Of a stretch of 64,000 nt of DNA, positions 41,698 through 51,070 are shown piece after piece; position 1 is the first letter of the stretch; each line of letters begins with the position of its first letter. The notes beneath the pieces are model-generated. The model was not told the DNA's origin. It did no database searches and worked only from the letters and a program-made list of their open reading frames with translations. Where the stretch lies: assembly GCA_963825525.1 (NCBI GenBank), contig CAWGTN010000002.1, positions 480,001 to 544,000 of the forward strand, read 5' to 3'. The position numbers were made by a program, and so were the translations under genes. This stretch comes from an uncultured Chloroflexia bacterium (lineage in GTDB: Bacteria > Chloroflexota > Limnocylindria > QHBO01).

Positions 41698-44600
41698 CGG
41701 GCGGCGTCGGGGCAGATCTCGCGGTACGGGCAGTAGCCGCAGCGCATGGCACTCGGCGTGGCGGCGAATTCGCCGGACCGAATGCCGACCGCCGCTCGGC
41801 TCAGCTGCTCCTGTGCCTTCTCGAGGCGCTTTTCGGTCGGCTTCGAGCGGCCGGTGAGGCCGGACTCCAGGAAGTGCAGCGCGAGCTCGTCTGGCAGCGA
41901 GCCCGTCTCGGCCTCGTGTGCCAGCGCGTAGATCGACAGCTGGAGTGATTCCTTGGAGCGCCGATTCGCCGTGGCCAGGTCACGCACGTCGCTCGACTTG
42001 TAGTCGGTGATCACGACCCGCCCGGCCTCGTCCCGGTCGACCCGGTCGTATCGGCCGCGCAGCCGATCCGGGCCAAAGGCGACCGTGAAGTCTCGCTCCA
42101 CCGAGATCGGGCGCGCCGGATCTCGCTGCTGCTCCTCCCAAAAGCGCCCGATGGTGGCGTGCGCCGCTTCCCGACGCGCCTCCTCGTGGGCGCGCGTGAG
42201 GAAGCCAACCGACTCCCAATTCGCGTCCAGGGTGGCGTGCAGGGCCTCGAGCGGCATCGGCTCTCCGGCCATCTGTCGCCGATGGAAGGCCTGCACGGCG
42301 GCATGCAGCGCGCGGCCGTACACCATCTGGTGCGAGGCAGGGGTCGGGATGCGGACCACGTGCCCATAGCGGTAGCGCGCCGGGCAGTCCAGGTAGTCGT
42401 TGATCTGCCCGTAGCTCAGGCTGAGGGGACGATCCCCGAGGCGCGGCCGGGGAGGCGCTGCCGCGGGCGCGGTCGGCGAGACCTCGTGACGCGCCAGCTG
42501 GTCGAGGAGCGCGGGGCGAATCGCGTCCGCGGACGTGGCGGGTGGAAGGTCGAGGGCCTCGGCCACGAAGCGGCTGGTGCCACGCGCCCGACGTCCCGCG
42601 TAGTCCTGCGCCGAGCTGAGGATGAGCTCCTCGCGAGCGCGGGTCATGCCGACGTAGAAGAGACGGCGCTCCTCCGCCACGTGCTGGTCCGCGGTCGGTG
42701 GCGCCTCGCTGACCAGGGAATCGGGCAGCTCGAGAGCGTCGCGACGCTCTCGTCCCGGGAACCGATCGTCGACCAGGCCGACCATGAAGACGACCCCGAA
42801 CTCGAGGCCCTTGGCCTTGTGGTAGGTCAGGACGTGAACCGCGTCCCCTTCGTCGGGGTCGACATCGGCGGTCGAGGGGTCATCGCCGGTCTCGATCAGC
42901 GTGTCCAGCTGCGCCACCAGGAATGGGAGCCGGTCATCACGCAGCAGGCTCCCCTGCCGGCGGATGATCTCGAAGAAGCGCGCCACGTTCGCCAGCCGTT
43001 CGTCGCCCGCCTCACGGGCCTCGTGCGCCAGCCGGGACAGCCAGCCCGAGCTCGAGATGAAGTGGTAGAGAAGCTCTCCGCTGCTGCGCTCGGTGCTCAT
43101 GGCCCGATGCGCCTCGAGGCTGCCCAGGAGGCGCTGCACGACCTCGATGGCCCGTGACCCGAACGGCGAGCGCTCCGGGTCCGAGACCGCGTCCGCGAGC
43201 GCCACGGCCAGGCTGCTGCGGCGGCGGCGTGCCTTGGTGAGCGCGATCGTGACGTCGGCGGCCGCCAGCCCGAAGATCTCGCTGGTGGCCAGGTCGTAGA
43301 GGCTGACCGAGTCCTCCGGGTCATTGAGCGCGCGCAGGAAGCTGATGAGGACGCGCACCTCGGGCTGGCGATACAGGCCGGCGGTCCCACTGAACCTCCA
43401 CGGGATGCGGGCCATGTTGAGGGCTCGAAGGTACGAATCGGCCTCGCGGTTGCCGCGAACCAGGATGGCGTGGTCGCCGGGTCTCCGGCCGGAGCGCAGC
43501 GAGGCGCCGATCCGGTCCGCGACGGCATCGGCCTCGTCCGAGCCGGTGGCAAATGCGAGCACCTCGATGCTGCCCGCGGGAGGTTCGGGCCGTTCGAAGC
43601 GCACGCGAGCCCGCAGCCGCTTGTCGAGCCCTTCCCGAGCCTCCAGCCTGTCCGGATCGTTGTGCGCGATGAGCTTGTGAGCGGCGTCGAGGATCGGCTG
43701 ACGGCTGCGATAGTTGTCGACCAGGACGACGTTCGTCGCCTTGGGATACGCGTCGCGGAACCCCAGGATGTTGCCCAGCGCCGCTCCGCGGAATCGGTAG
43801 ATGCTCTGGTCGTCATCTCCCACCACGGTCACATTGCCGTGCGGCTCGGCGAGCAGGCGCACGATCTCCCACTGGGCGTGGTTCGTGTCCTGGAACTCGT
43901 CGACCAGCACGTACCGATAGCGCGCGCGCTGCGCCTCGAGGACCGACGGGTTGTCACGCAGCAGGCGGAGCGCAAGGCCGACCTGGTCGCCGAAGTCGAG
44001 CCGATCGGTCGTCCGCATCAGCTCCTCGTACGCCCGGTAGGTGGCGGCCAGCTCCGTGTGACGCGCCGCCTCCTCCGCCAGGGCCTCGTCCTCGGGCCGA
44101 TCGGCGGCCCGGCCGCGGAGCTCATCGGCCGCTGCCACGTATGCCTCGGGCCCGATGTCCTCGTCCCGCAGCCTGCCGATGAGCGTGACGAGGGCGGACA
44201 GGAAGCGGGTCGGATCGCCCAGGGGACGGAAGCGGTCCAACGGCAGCTCGAACAGGTGCTCGCGCAGCAGGATGATCTGCTCGGCCCGCGACAGGACCGT
44301 GGAACGGTCCGACAGGCCGGCCTCCAGGGCATGCTCGCGCAGCAGCCGATCACCGAACGCGTGGAACGTGCTGATCTCCGCGTCGTTGTGGCCGTACGGG
44401 ACGAGGCGATCCACCCGATCCACCATCTCCGCCGCCGCCCGGTCCGTGAAGGTCAGCGCCAGGATCTCGGACGGCAGCGCGCGCTTCTCGGCGATGAGCC
44501 AGGCGATGCGGCGGGTGATCACCGTGGTCTTGCCGGTCCCGGCGCCCGCCACGATGAGGAGCGGGCCGTCACCGTGCGTGACCGCCTTTCGCTGACGGGC

Positions 44601-44747
44601 GGTGAGATCGGCCAGCAGCGGAGGCTGCACACGGAGGTGCGGCCGGCGGGGTCGGGGTGCCGACGCGAGCTCCTCGAAGAACGGGAGCTGATCTGGCGAG
44701 GGCACGACCGGTGGCATTTCGTCGATGGTAACGGAGGACCGGTTCAC
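41694..44747 (-). CDS. UvrD/PcrA-type SF1 helicase fused to a C-terminal PD-(D/E)XK nuclease with four Cys
   Basis: AGAGTGKT, LTFT, TFH, VDEFQDTN, VGDDDQSIYRFRGA, NYRS, HKAKGLEF, EERRLFYVGMTRAR; nuclease LSYGQI..CP, GRYDRVD..ITDYKS, QLSIYA, CGYCPYREIC. Confidence 0.93.
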   Translation of the reverse strand: MNRSSVTIDEMPPVVPSPDQLPFFEELASAPRPRRPHLRVQPPLLADLTARQRKAVTHGDGPLLIVAGAGTGKTTVITRRIAWLIAEKRALPSEILALTFTDRAAAEMVDRVDRLVPYGHNDAEISTFHAFGDRLLREHALEAGLSDRSTVLSRAEQIILLREHLFELPLDRFRPLGDPTRFLSALVTLIGRLRDEDIGPEAYVAAADELRGRAADRPEDEALAEEAARHTELAATYRAYEELMRTTDRLDFGDQVGLALRLLRDNPSVLEAQRARYRYVLVDEFQDTNHAQWEIVRLLAEPHGNVTVVGDDDQSIYRFRGAALGNILGFRDAYPKATNVVLVDNYRSRQPILDAAHKLIAHNDPDRLEAREGLDKRLRARVRFERPEPPAGSIEVLAFATGSDEADAVADRIGASLRSGRRPGDHAILVRGNREADSYLRALNMARIPWRFSGTAGLYRQPEVRVLISFLRALNDPEDSVSLYDLATSEIFGLAAADVTIALTKARRRRSSLAVALADAVSDPERSPFGSRAIEVVQRLLGSLEAHRAMSTERSSGELLYHFISSSGWLSRLAHEAREAGDERLANVARFFEIIRRQGSLLRDDRLPFLVAQLDTLIETGDDPSTADVDPDEGDAVHVLTYHKAKGLEFGVVFMVGLVDDRFPGRERRDALELPDSLVSEAPPTADQHVAEERRLFYVGMTRAREELILSSAQDYAGRRARGTSRFVAEALDLPPATSADAIRPALLDQLARHEVSPTAPAAAPPRPRLGDRPLSLSYGQINDYLDCPARYRYGHVVRIPTPASHQMVYGRALHAAVQAFHRRQMAGEPMPLEALHATLDANWESVGFLTRAHEEARREAAHATIGRFWEEQQRDPARPISVERDFTVAFGPDRLRGRYDRVDRDEAGRVVITDYKSSDVRDLATANRRSKESLQLSIYALAHEAETGSLPDELALHFLESGLTGRSKPTEKRLEKAQEQLSRAAVGIRSGEFAATPSAMRCGYCPYREICPDAAR

Positions 44748-44816
44748 GCCGCCGTTATCACCTGCGTACCGGACAGCTCGGCTGTCGCAACCACTGCGAC
44801 CATGAGGGTTCGCGAG

Positions 44817-45476
44817 CTAGCGGATCGATCGCCGCCGCTGGGGTCGTGGCCGATAGCGCGGACGGTGGCCGGCGCCACGTTGTCCCATGGCGGCCAGGAT
44901 CGCTTCCGCGTGCCGGCGCGAGGTGTGGAGCTCGTCCCGGAGACGGGCGATGCTGAGCGTCCCCGACATGCCCTCGACCCGCACGCGGAGCGCCGACCAG
45001 ACATCGGCCGGATACTCGATCCCCGGGGCGATCTGCCTGAGCTGCCCGGCGGTTCGCAGCTGGTCCACCACGGCCGGCGGGATCCCGAGCCGCCCGGCGA
45101 TGCCCTCGACTCGCGGTGGCTCGGCGCCCGCCGCACGGAGCCCGTCGAGCAGGGTCGCCACCTTCTCGGCCATCTCGGGCGCGAGGCCGGTCTTCGCATC
45201 GGCCAGGCGGATGCGTCGGCCGGTACGAACAAGCTTGCCGGAGGTCACGAGGTCATCGATCACGCGACGGAGATCGGCCTCGGGGAGGTCCAGCTGGCCA
45301 CCGCCCCGATGACGGCTCGAGGGCTGCCGCTCTGCGATGGTCAAGATCCGGGCCACGAGCCCGTCCATCCGAATGTCGACGGCCAGCGGCTGCTCACGGT
45401 GGAAGCGGCGGAGGGCAAGCAGCACGAGGCGTTCGGCCACGTGGCGCTGCTCGGGGTCGATCGCCCCGATCGTCAC
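44817..45476 (-). CDS. Stand-alone SelB C-terminal winged-helix-like protein
   Basis: LRRFHREQPL, GAEPPRV, LRTAGQLRQIAPGI, LSIARLRDELHTSRRHAEAIL resemble SelB WH domains; no GTPase motifs. Confidence 0.7.
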   Translation of the reverse strand: MTIGAIDPEQRHVAERLVLLALRRFHREQPLAVDIRMDGLVARILTIAERQPSSRHRGGGQLDLPEADLRRVIDDLVTSGKLVRTGRRIRLADAKTGLAPEMAEKVATLLDGLRAAGAEPPRVEGIAGRLGIPPAVVDQLRTAGQLRQIAPGIEYPADVWSALRVRVEGMSGTLSIARLRDELHTSRRHAEAILAAMGQRGAGHRPRYRPRPQRRRSIR

Positions 45477-45985
45477 GCCGGGCGCGTCCCCTCGACCGCG
45501 ATCCGGATGGCCTGCGATTCCTCGTCCGACAGGTTGTGCGGCGACGCGCCATCGGCCACCGGCTTGGCGAAGACCCGGGTGTTGGCCCGCCCATGGAGGC
45601 TGCTGATCACGATCCCGTCGCGGGCGTCGTCGAGCAGCGCGATGGCGAAGCTCTGGTCCGACCCCGTGTCATCGAACGGGTTGAATCGCACGAGCCCGAT
45701 GTGCTGGAGGCTGCGCCGTGATCGCTCGACGATGCCGGCATGGAGGGCCTCGATCTCGCTCATCCGATCGGTCGCACGAACCGCCTGCTCGGCACTCCCG
45801 ACCAGCCGATCGTGGAGCGATCCGCCGTCTCCGTCGCGCACGAGGTCGCGATAGCGGCGCACGGCGCGTCCCACCCGGATGCCCTGGACGAGCGTCACGA
45901 CGAGGAGCAGCAGGATGATGGCCGTGAGCGCGCCGAAGGCGAGGGCCAGGTTCTCGGTGAGGAAGCGGTCGAGATCGGGCATCAA
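45473..45985 (-). CDS. DUF4446 family membrane protein
   Basis: N-terminal TM; GLVRFNPFDDTGSDQSFAIALLD..GIVISSLHGR..RVFAKPV..LSDEE. Confidence 0.88.
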   Translation of the reverse strand: MMPDLDRFLTENLALAFGALTAIILLLLVVTLVQGIRVGRAVRRYRDLVRDGDGGSLHDRLVGSAEQAVRATDRMSEIEALHAGIVERSRRSLQHIGLVRFNPFDDTGSDQSFAIALLDDARDGIVISSLHGRANTRVFAKPVADGASPHNLSDEESQAIRIAVEGTRPA

Positions 45986-46064
45986 ATCGGCGGTATCATA
46001 GCCGCCCCACGGCCTCCCGCCCGGCCGCGGGCTGCCGTTTGATCACGCACCAGACGAGGTACCG

Positions 46065-46407
46065 ATGGCTCGGAGAGTCGGCAAGGCAGCCAGTCGCAAG
46101 GCACGCCAGCGCAACGTCAAGCGCGCGTCGCGTGCCGCGTCATCGCCGTCGTTCGGCGAGCCCGTGGCGCCCGCCGCCGACTCCGACCCAGGATGTCTCG
46201 CAGGTAGCGTCTCCGGCGTCGCCTGCACCCGTGCGGCGCCCGGCCAGCGCTTCGACCTCGGCCGGATCGACGCTGACCAGCAGCGAGCGCGCGGAGTACC
46301 ACTACGTGGAGCGGGACCTGCGCAACATCGGCATCCTGACGGCCGCCATGGCCGCCATGCTGCTCGTCGCCTGGCTCATCTTCTCGGCGCTTGGCCTGGT
46401 CGGCTAG
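46065..46407 (+). CDS. Small hypothetical membrane protein; frameshift near 46190
   Basis: Basic N-terminus MARRVGK.. joins a frame encoding EYHYVERDLRNIGIL plus a TM helix. Confidence 0.6.
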
Positions 46408-46429
46408 CGCGGGACGGGGCCGCTCGCAG

Positions 46430-46615
46430 GCCGCTCGATCTATGAGGGCGTGCATCACCGGAGACGTCCGCCACGCGCGGTTCCTTCGATACATCGACTG
46501 CCCGTGCGCGTGAAGTGCGCGGCTGCGGGACTCTCACGCGGCGGAACTCTCGATTCATCGCGGGAACGACACCCAACGCGGCGTTCCGGTGACAATCCTG
46601 CGATCTATCGAAGTG
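46430..46615. repeat. REP/REPIN-like long inverted-repeat element, copy 2
   Basis: 10-mers at 46436 (CGATCTATGA), 46487 (CGATACATCG), 46551 (CGATTCATCG), 46601 (CGATCTATCG); spacing 51/64/50 identical to copy 1; central CGCGTGA..TCACGCG hairpin. Confidence 0.8.
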
Positions 46616-46627
46616 GGGTAAGGCTGC

Positions 46628-47098
46628 TCACCCCACCCAGGCCGCCCACTCCTCGCCGGCATCGCGTTGGAGCGCTCGCAGGTACACGCTGAGCTTGCCG
46701 TAGAAGATGTAGACCGCCTCCCGGTAGATCTCGTGCTGGGTGAACGGCGATGCGATGAAGCCATGCCCACGGTCGATCCGGTCGACGCGCAGCTCGTCCT
46801 CGGTGAATCGGCTCATCGCGTTCTTCATGGCCTCGTCATGCGATTCGAACCATGACCGCAGGCTTGCGATCGTGATCGGCTCCGGCGGCGGAAGCTGCCG
46901 GTGCGTCCAATCGAGGGTCAGCGTCTCGAAGGAGTGCGTGTAGACGCCCTGGAGGTCGCCCATCTCGACCAGCAGCTCGCCCAGCGTCGGGTTGTTGCCG
47001 GGCAGCCGGTAGGCAAGGTCGGCATCGGACACCAATGTCAGGAGATGGTCCCGCATGCTGTGGTGCCCGCGGATCTCCTCTTCGAAGAGGTTGTTCAT
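46628..47098 (-). CDS. DinB/YfiT-like hypothetical protein
   Basis: DADLAYRLPGNNPTLGELL.., all-helical pattern, GKLSVYLRAL tail; GGAG RBS before ATG 47098. Confidence 0.6.
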   Translation of the reverse strand: MNNLFEEEIRGHHSMRDHLLTLVSDADLAYRLPGNNPTLGELLVEMGDLQGVYTHSFETLTLDWTHRQLPPPEPITIASLRSWFESHDEAMKNAMSRFTEDELRVDRIDRGHGFIASPFTQHEIYREAVYIFYGKLSVYLRALQRDAGEEWAAWVG

Positions 47099-47207
47099 TG
47101 TGAATCTCCGTGTGTTCGCATCGAACCCTGGGTGCAACTGCCGTTCCACTCTTCGCCAGCGTCGCGTCCGGCGCCATCAGGGAGACGCTGAGCCTGCCAT
47201 ATCAGTC

Positions 47208-47804
47208 CTAGTCGGAAGGCCTTCCGGCCTGCAACAGCCGGATGCGGCTGGTTCCAAGGAGCTCCAGCTCCTCACCTGTCGCCCGCCAGGACTCGTTGTG
47301 CCGCAGGGCGAGCGCGATGCGGTGATGGAGTCCGCTGAGCGCTTCGTCACACGGCCTCTGTTCACGCAGGCTCAGCCGCAGATCGTCGAAACCAGTGAAA
47401 TTCAGAGCATGGCCATCGGTATCCATAACAACCTCGGACACGCTCTCTCGGCAGCGTGGCGATAGACCCCCGGTGCCCAACACGATATGCGTCACGAGGG
47501 AGGCCGACTCGGCATCGAGGAATAGATACACCTCTCCTTCCGGCACGGTATCGCCGTCAATTTCCGCGACAGTCCAGGAAGTGCCAAGCAGGTCATCGGC
47601 GTCGTGAACGAGCACCTCTGCGAACGCCAGGAGAAGGGGCCCGACAACCGCGAGGGCCGCCGTGCCGAGGAACAGAGCGACGAGACCCCTACGCCGGGAC
47701 ACGCCCGCCCAGGCCGCCGCAATAGCGGCCGGAATGAGAATCCACGGCGAGAGCGCGAAGGCCGTGCCCGCAGCCGACAGCTCGACGAGTCCTTCCACGG
47801 CCAC
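47208..47804 (-). CDS. Hypothetical membrane protein, possible META-like domain
   Basis: Two TM segments then LLGTSWTVAEIDG, two Cys, C-terminal W....EELEL. Confidence 0.5.
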   Translation of the reverse strand: MAVEGLVELSAAGTAFALSPWILIPAAIAAAWAGVSRRRGLVALFLGTAALAVVGPLLLAFAEVLVHDADDLLGTSWTVAEIDGDTVPEGEVYLFLDAESASLVTHIVLGTGGLSPRCRESVSEVVMDTDGHALNFTGFDDLRLSLREQRPCDEALSGLHHRIALALRHNESWRATGEELELLGTSRIRLLQAGRPSD

Positions 47805-47828
47805 AGGTTAGCTCGCCGACGTGGGTGA

Positions 47829-49184
47829 TCACGTGCCCGCCTTCCGGCCGCGCTCCTCCAGCCGATGACGCCGGAGCCGCTGGAGCCGCTCTCCGATCTT
47901 GAGCTCGAGCCCCTCCTCCGACGGCTCGTAGAAGACGCGACCGACGAGCGCGTCGGGCAGGTACTCCTGGTCGACATCGGCGTCGTCGTAGTCGTGGGGG
48001 TAGAGGTAGCCCTTGCCGTAGCCCTGCTCGCGCGCCAACCGCCGATGCGAAGAAGGTCGCAGGTGGAGCGGCACCGGCAGCCGACCGTGCTCCTCGACCT
48101 CGGCCAGGGCCGCGAAGTAGGCCGCGCCGGCACGGTTCGACTTCGGCGCCGATGCGACATAGGCCGCAGCCTGGGCCAGCGCGTACTGCGCCTCCGGCAG
48201 GCCGATCATCTCGACGGCCTGCATGGCCGCCACCGCCACCTGGAGCGCCCGCGGATCGGCGTTACCCACGTCCTCCGAGGCGGCGATCACGATCCGCCGC
48301 GCGATGAACGTCGGATCCTCCCCCGCCGCCACCATGCTGGCGCACCAGTAGAGGGCGGCATCGGGGTCGTTGCCGCGCATGCTCTTGATGAAGGCCGATG
48401 AGGCCTCGTAGTGCTGGTCGCCGACCCGGTCGTAGGCCAGGAGCCGCTGCTGGGCCGCCTCGGCGGCGCCCTCCGGCGTGATCTCGGCGCCGTCGTCGAG
48501 CACCGCGGCCGACGCCTCGAGGATGTTGAGCGCGGTCCGTGCATCGCCACCGGCAAGGTCCAGGATCGTCTCGCGCGCCTCGGTCGACAGCGCCACGCGG
48601 CCGGCGAGGCCACGGTCGGGATCGGCCAGCGCGCGATCAACGATCTCGCCCAGCGCATCGGCATCCAGCGGCTCCAGGCGGTAGACGCGCATCCGCGACA
48701 GGAGCGGCGAGTTGATCTCGTAGTACGGATTCTCGGTCGTGGCGCCGATGAGCGAGATCGTGCCGTCCTCGACGTGCGGCAGGAGCGCGTCCTGCTGGCT
48801 CTTGTTGAACCGATGGAGCTCGTCGATGAAGGCGATCGTCGCCCCACCCGCGTCACGCAATGCCTTCGCGTCGGCGACCAGCGCGCGGATGTCGGCAACG
48901 CCGCTCGACACCGCGCTGAGCTGGCGCCACGTGCCGCCGGCCCGGTCGGCCAGCAGCCGCGCCAGGGTCGTCTTGCCGCTGCCCGGCGGCCCCCACAGCA
49001 CGATGGAGGGCCGATGGCCGGGCTTCACGACCCGGGTCAGCGCTCCCTCGTCTCCCACGAGATGCGGCTGCCCAACGAACTCCTCGAGCGTGCGCGGCCG
49101 CATCCGCGCGGCGAGCGGCGCATCGGCGCTCACCGTGTCGCCGAACAGGGGCTGCGTCGGCTCAGTCCGCGCGCGACGCGGCAT
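47829..49184 (-). CDS. rarA: Replication-associated recombination protein A (RarA/MgsA)
   Basis: APLAARMRPRTL, LWGPPGSGKTT, FIDELHRFNKSQQDALLP, GATTENP, SAFIKS, ASEDVGNADP, YLYPHD. Confidence 0.95.
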   Translation of the reverse strand: MPRRARTEPTQPLFGDTVSADAPLAARMRPRTLEEFVGQPHLVGDEGALTRVVKPGHRPSIVLWGPPGSGKTTLARLLADRAGGTWRQLSAVSSGVADIRALVADAKALRDAGGATIAFIDELHRFNKSQQDALLPHVEDGTISLIGATTENPYYEINSPLLSRMRVYRLEPLDADALGEIVDRALADPDRGLAGRVALSTEARETILDLAGGDARTALNILEASAAVLDDGAEITPEGAAEAAQQRLLAYDRVGDQHYEASSAFIKSMRGNDPDAALYWCASMVAAGEDPTFIARRIVIAASEDVGNADPRALQVAVAAMQAVEMIGLPEAQYALAQAAAYVASAPKSNRAGAAYFAALAEVEEHGRLPVPLHLRPSSHRRLAREQGYGKGYLYPHDYDDADVDQEYLPDALVGRVFYEPSEEGLELKIGERLQRLRRHRLEERGRKAGT

Positions 49185-49236
49185 GCGTACCCCACGGGTC
49201 CATGTGGTCATCCATGCGCCGATTATGATGCGGAGC

Positions 49237-50395
49237 ATGGAACAGAATCTCCGGACGCCGGGGCCAACGCCGATTCCCGATGCCGTTCGCGATGCCCAGG
49301 CGCAGCCGATGATCGACCACCGTGGCACCGAGTTCGCCGAGATGCTGCGCGAGACATCCGCGGGCCTTGGGACACTCATCGGCACCAGCCGGCGACATCC
49401 TGCTCCTGACGGGCTCGGGCTCGGGGGCTCTCGAGGCCGCCGTCGTCAACACCCTCTCCCCCGCCGATCGGGTCCTGGTCGTCACCATCGGGTCATTCGG
49501 TGATCGATTCGCCGCCATCGCCGCGGCCTTCGGTGCCGACGTCGATCGGTTCGAGGTCGAGTGGGGCCAGGCCGCCGATCCGGCGGCTCTGCGTGATCAC
49601 CTCGCGGGCGCAGACCCGTATCGGGCCGTGCTGATCACGCACAACGAGACGTCGACCGGCGTCGCCAACCCGCTGCGCGAGCTTGCCGAGGTCGTGCGGG
49701 CCGCTCCCGGCGAGCCACTCCTCGTCGTGGATGGCATCAGCGGGCTGGGTGCCATGCCATTCGAGATGGACGCGTGGGGCGTGGACCTTGTCGTGAGCGC
49801 CAGCCAGAAGGCGTGGATGGCCTCCCCGGGGATCGCGATCGCCGCGGTTGGCGACCGCGCACGGACCGCCGGCGAGACGGCCCGCATGCCCCGCTACTAC
49901 TGGGACTTCGCCGAGGCCCGCTCGTGGGCCGCCAAGGGACAGACGCCATGGACCCCGGCCATCGCCGTGATGTACGGCCTTCGCGTCGGCGTTCGCCGCC
50001 TTGTCGAGGAGGGTCGCGAGCGAACCTGGGCGCGGCACGCGGCCATTGCGGCTGGGGTGGTCTCAGGATTCGAGACGCTCGGGCTGCGGCCGGTTGCCCC
50101 GGTGGACCGCAGATCAGGCACCGTGACCGCCGCCTGGCTGCCCGATGGTCTGGAATGGGCGCCGTTCAACGCCGCCATGCGCGCCAGGGGACTGGTCATC
50201 GCCGGCGGCCAGGGCAAGTGGACCGGCCGCATCCTGCGCTTCGGTCACATGGGCGATGTCGGGATCGATGAGATGGCCGATGCGCTGCGCATCATGGGCG
50301 ACGTCCTGGGCGAGTTCGGGGTCGATGCCGACGGCTCCGCCGCAGCCGATGCGGCGCGGGAAGGCTTCGCGTCGCGGACCGCCGCGGCGCGGTGA
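49237..50395 (+). CDS. Class V PLP aminotransferase (serine-pyruvate/alanine-glyoxylate type); frameshift near 49390
   Basis: LRTPGPTP, MIDHRG, GSGSGALEAA, THNETSTGV, VDGIS, SASQK, QTPWTP, RFGHMG. Confidence 0.92.
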
Positions 50396-51069
50396 GCGGC
50401 CGGGTGCTGCTCCTCGTCCGGCACGGCGTGACGGACTGGAACCGAGAGGGACGCTTCCAGGGCCACCTCGATCCTCCGCTCGCATCGGACGGGCTGGCTG
50501 AGGCGGAGCTCCTCGGAACTCGGTTGTCCGGCGACGAAAGCCTGCGCCCGGTGCGCGTGATCAGCTCCAACCTGGCGCGGGCTCGTCAGACGGCCGAGGG
50601 CATCGCAAGTCGGGTCGGGGTGGAGGTCGAGCTGGATGCGCGACTCATCGAGATCGGGCAAGGCGAGTGGGAGGGCCGCACGCACGACGATCTCGCGGTG
50701 AACGATGCGGCCCGCTACGAAGCCTGGCGCAACGACACCCGCATTCGGCAGCCGCCTGGCGGCGAATCGCTCGAGCTGGCCTGGACGCGGGTCTCTTCCC
50801 TGCTCGCCGAGCTGGAGGCTGACCCACGCGAGGATCCCATCTGCATCGTCAGTCACGGTGGGACGCTTCGCGTGCTGGCGCGCATCCTGTTCGGCGGAGA
50901 GGTCGAGGAGCGCTGGAGCTTCGACGTCGACAACGCCTCGCTCAGCGTCTGCCGCCAGATCGACGGTCCCGGACCCTGGCGACTCGAGCGCTGGAACGAC
51001 ACGCTGCATCTGCTGGGCACGACGCCGACACACGTCGACGAGGCCGAGGGCCGCCCCCTGGCGCTGTGA
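50392..51069 (+). CDS. Histidine phosphatase family protein
   Basis: LVRHGVTDWN, SSNLARARQTA, L.EI..GEWEG, PGGES, VSHGG, WND..HL. Confidence 0.92.
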   Translation: MSGRVLLLVRHGVTDWNREGRFQGHLDPPLASDGLAEAELLGTRLSGDESLRPVRVISSNLARARQTAEGIASRVGVEVELDARLIEIGQGEWEGRTHDDLAVNDAARYEAWRNDTRIRQPPGGESLELAWTRVSSLLAELEADPREDPICIVSHGGTLRVLARILFGGEVEERWSFDVDNASLSVCRQIDGPGPWRLERWNDTLHLLGTTPTHVDEAEGRPLAL

Positions 51070-51070
51070 G

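Noticed and set aside
41694-42430. Cas4-like nuclease as evidence of a CRISPR system
   Set aside because: It is fused to a UvrD helicase, with no cas1/cas2 or array nearby.
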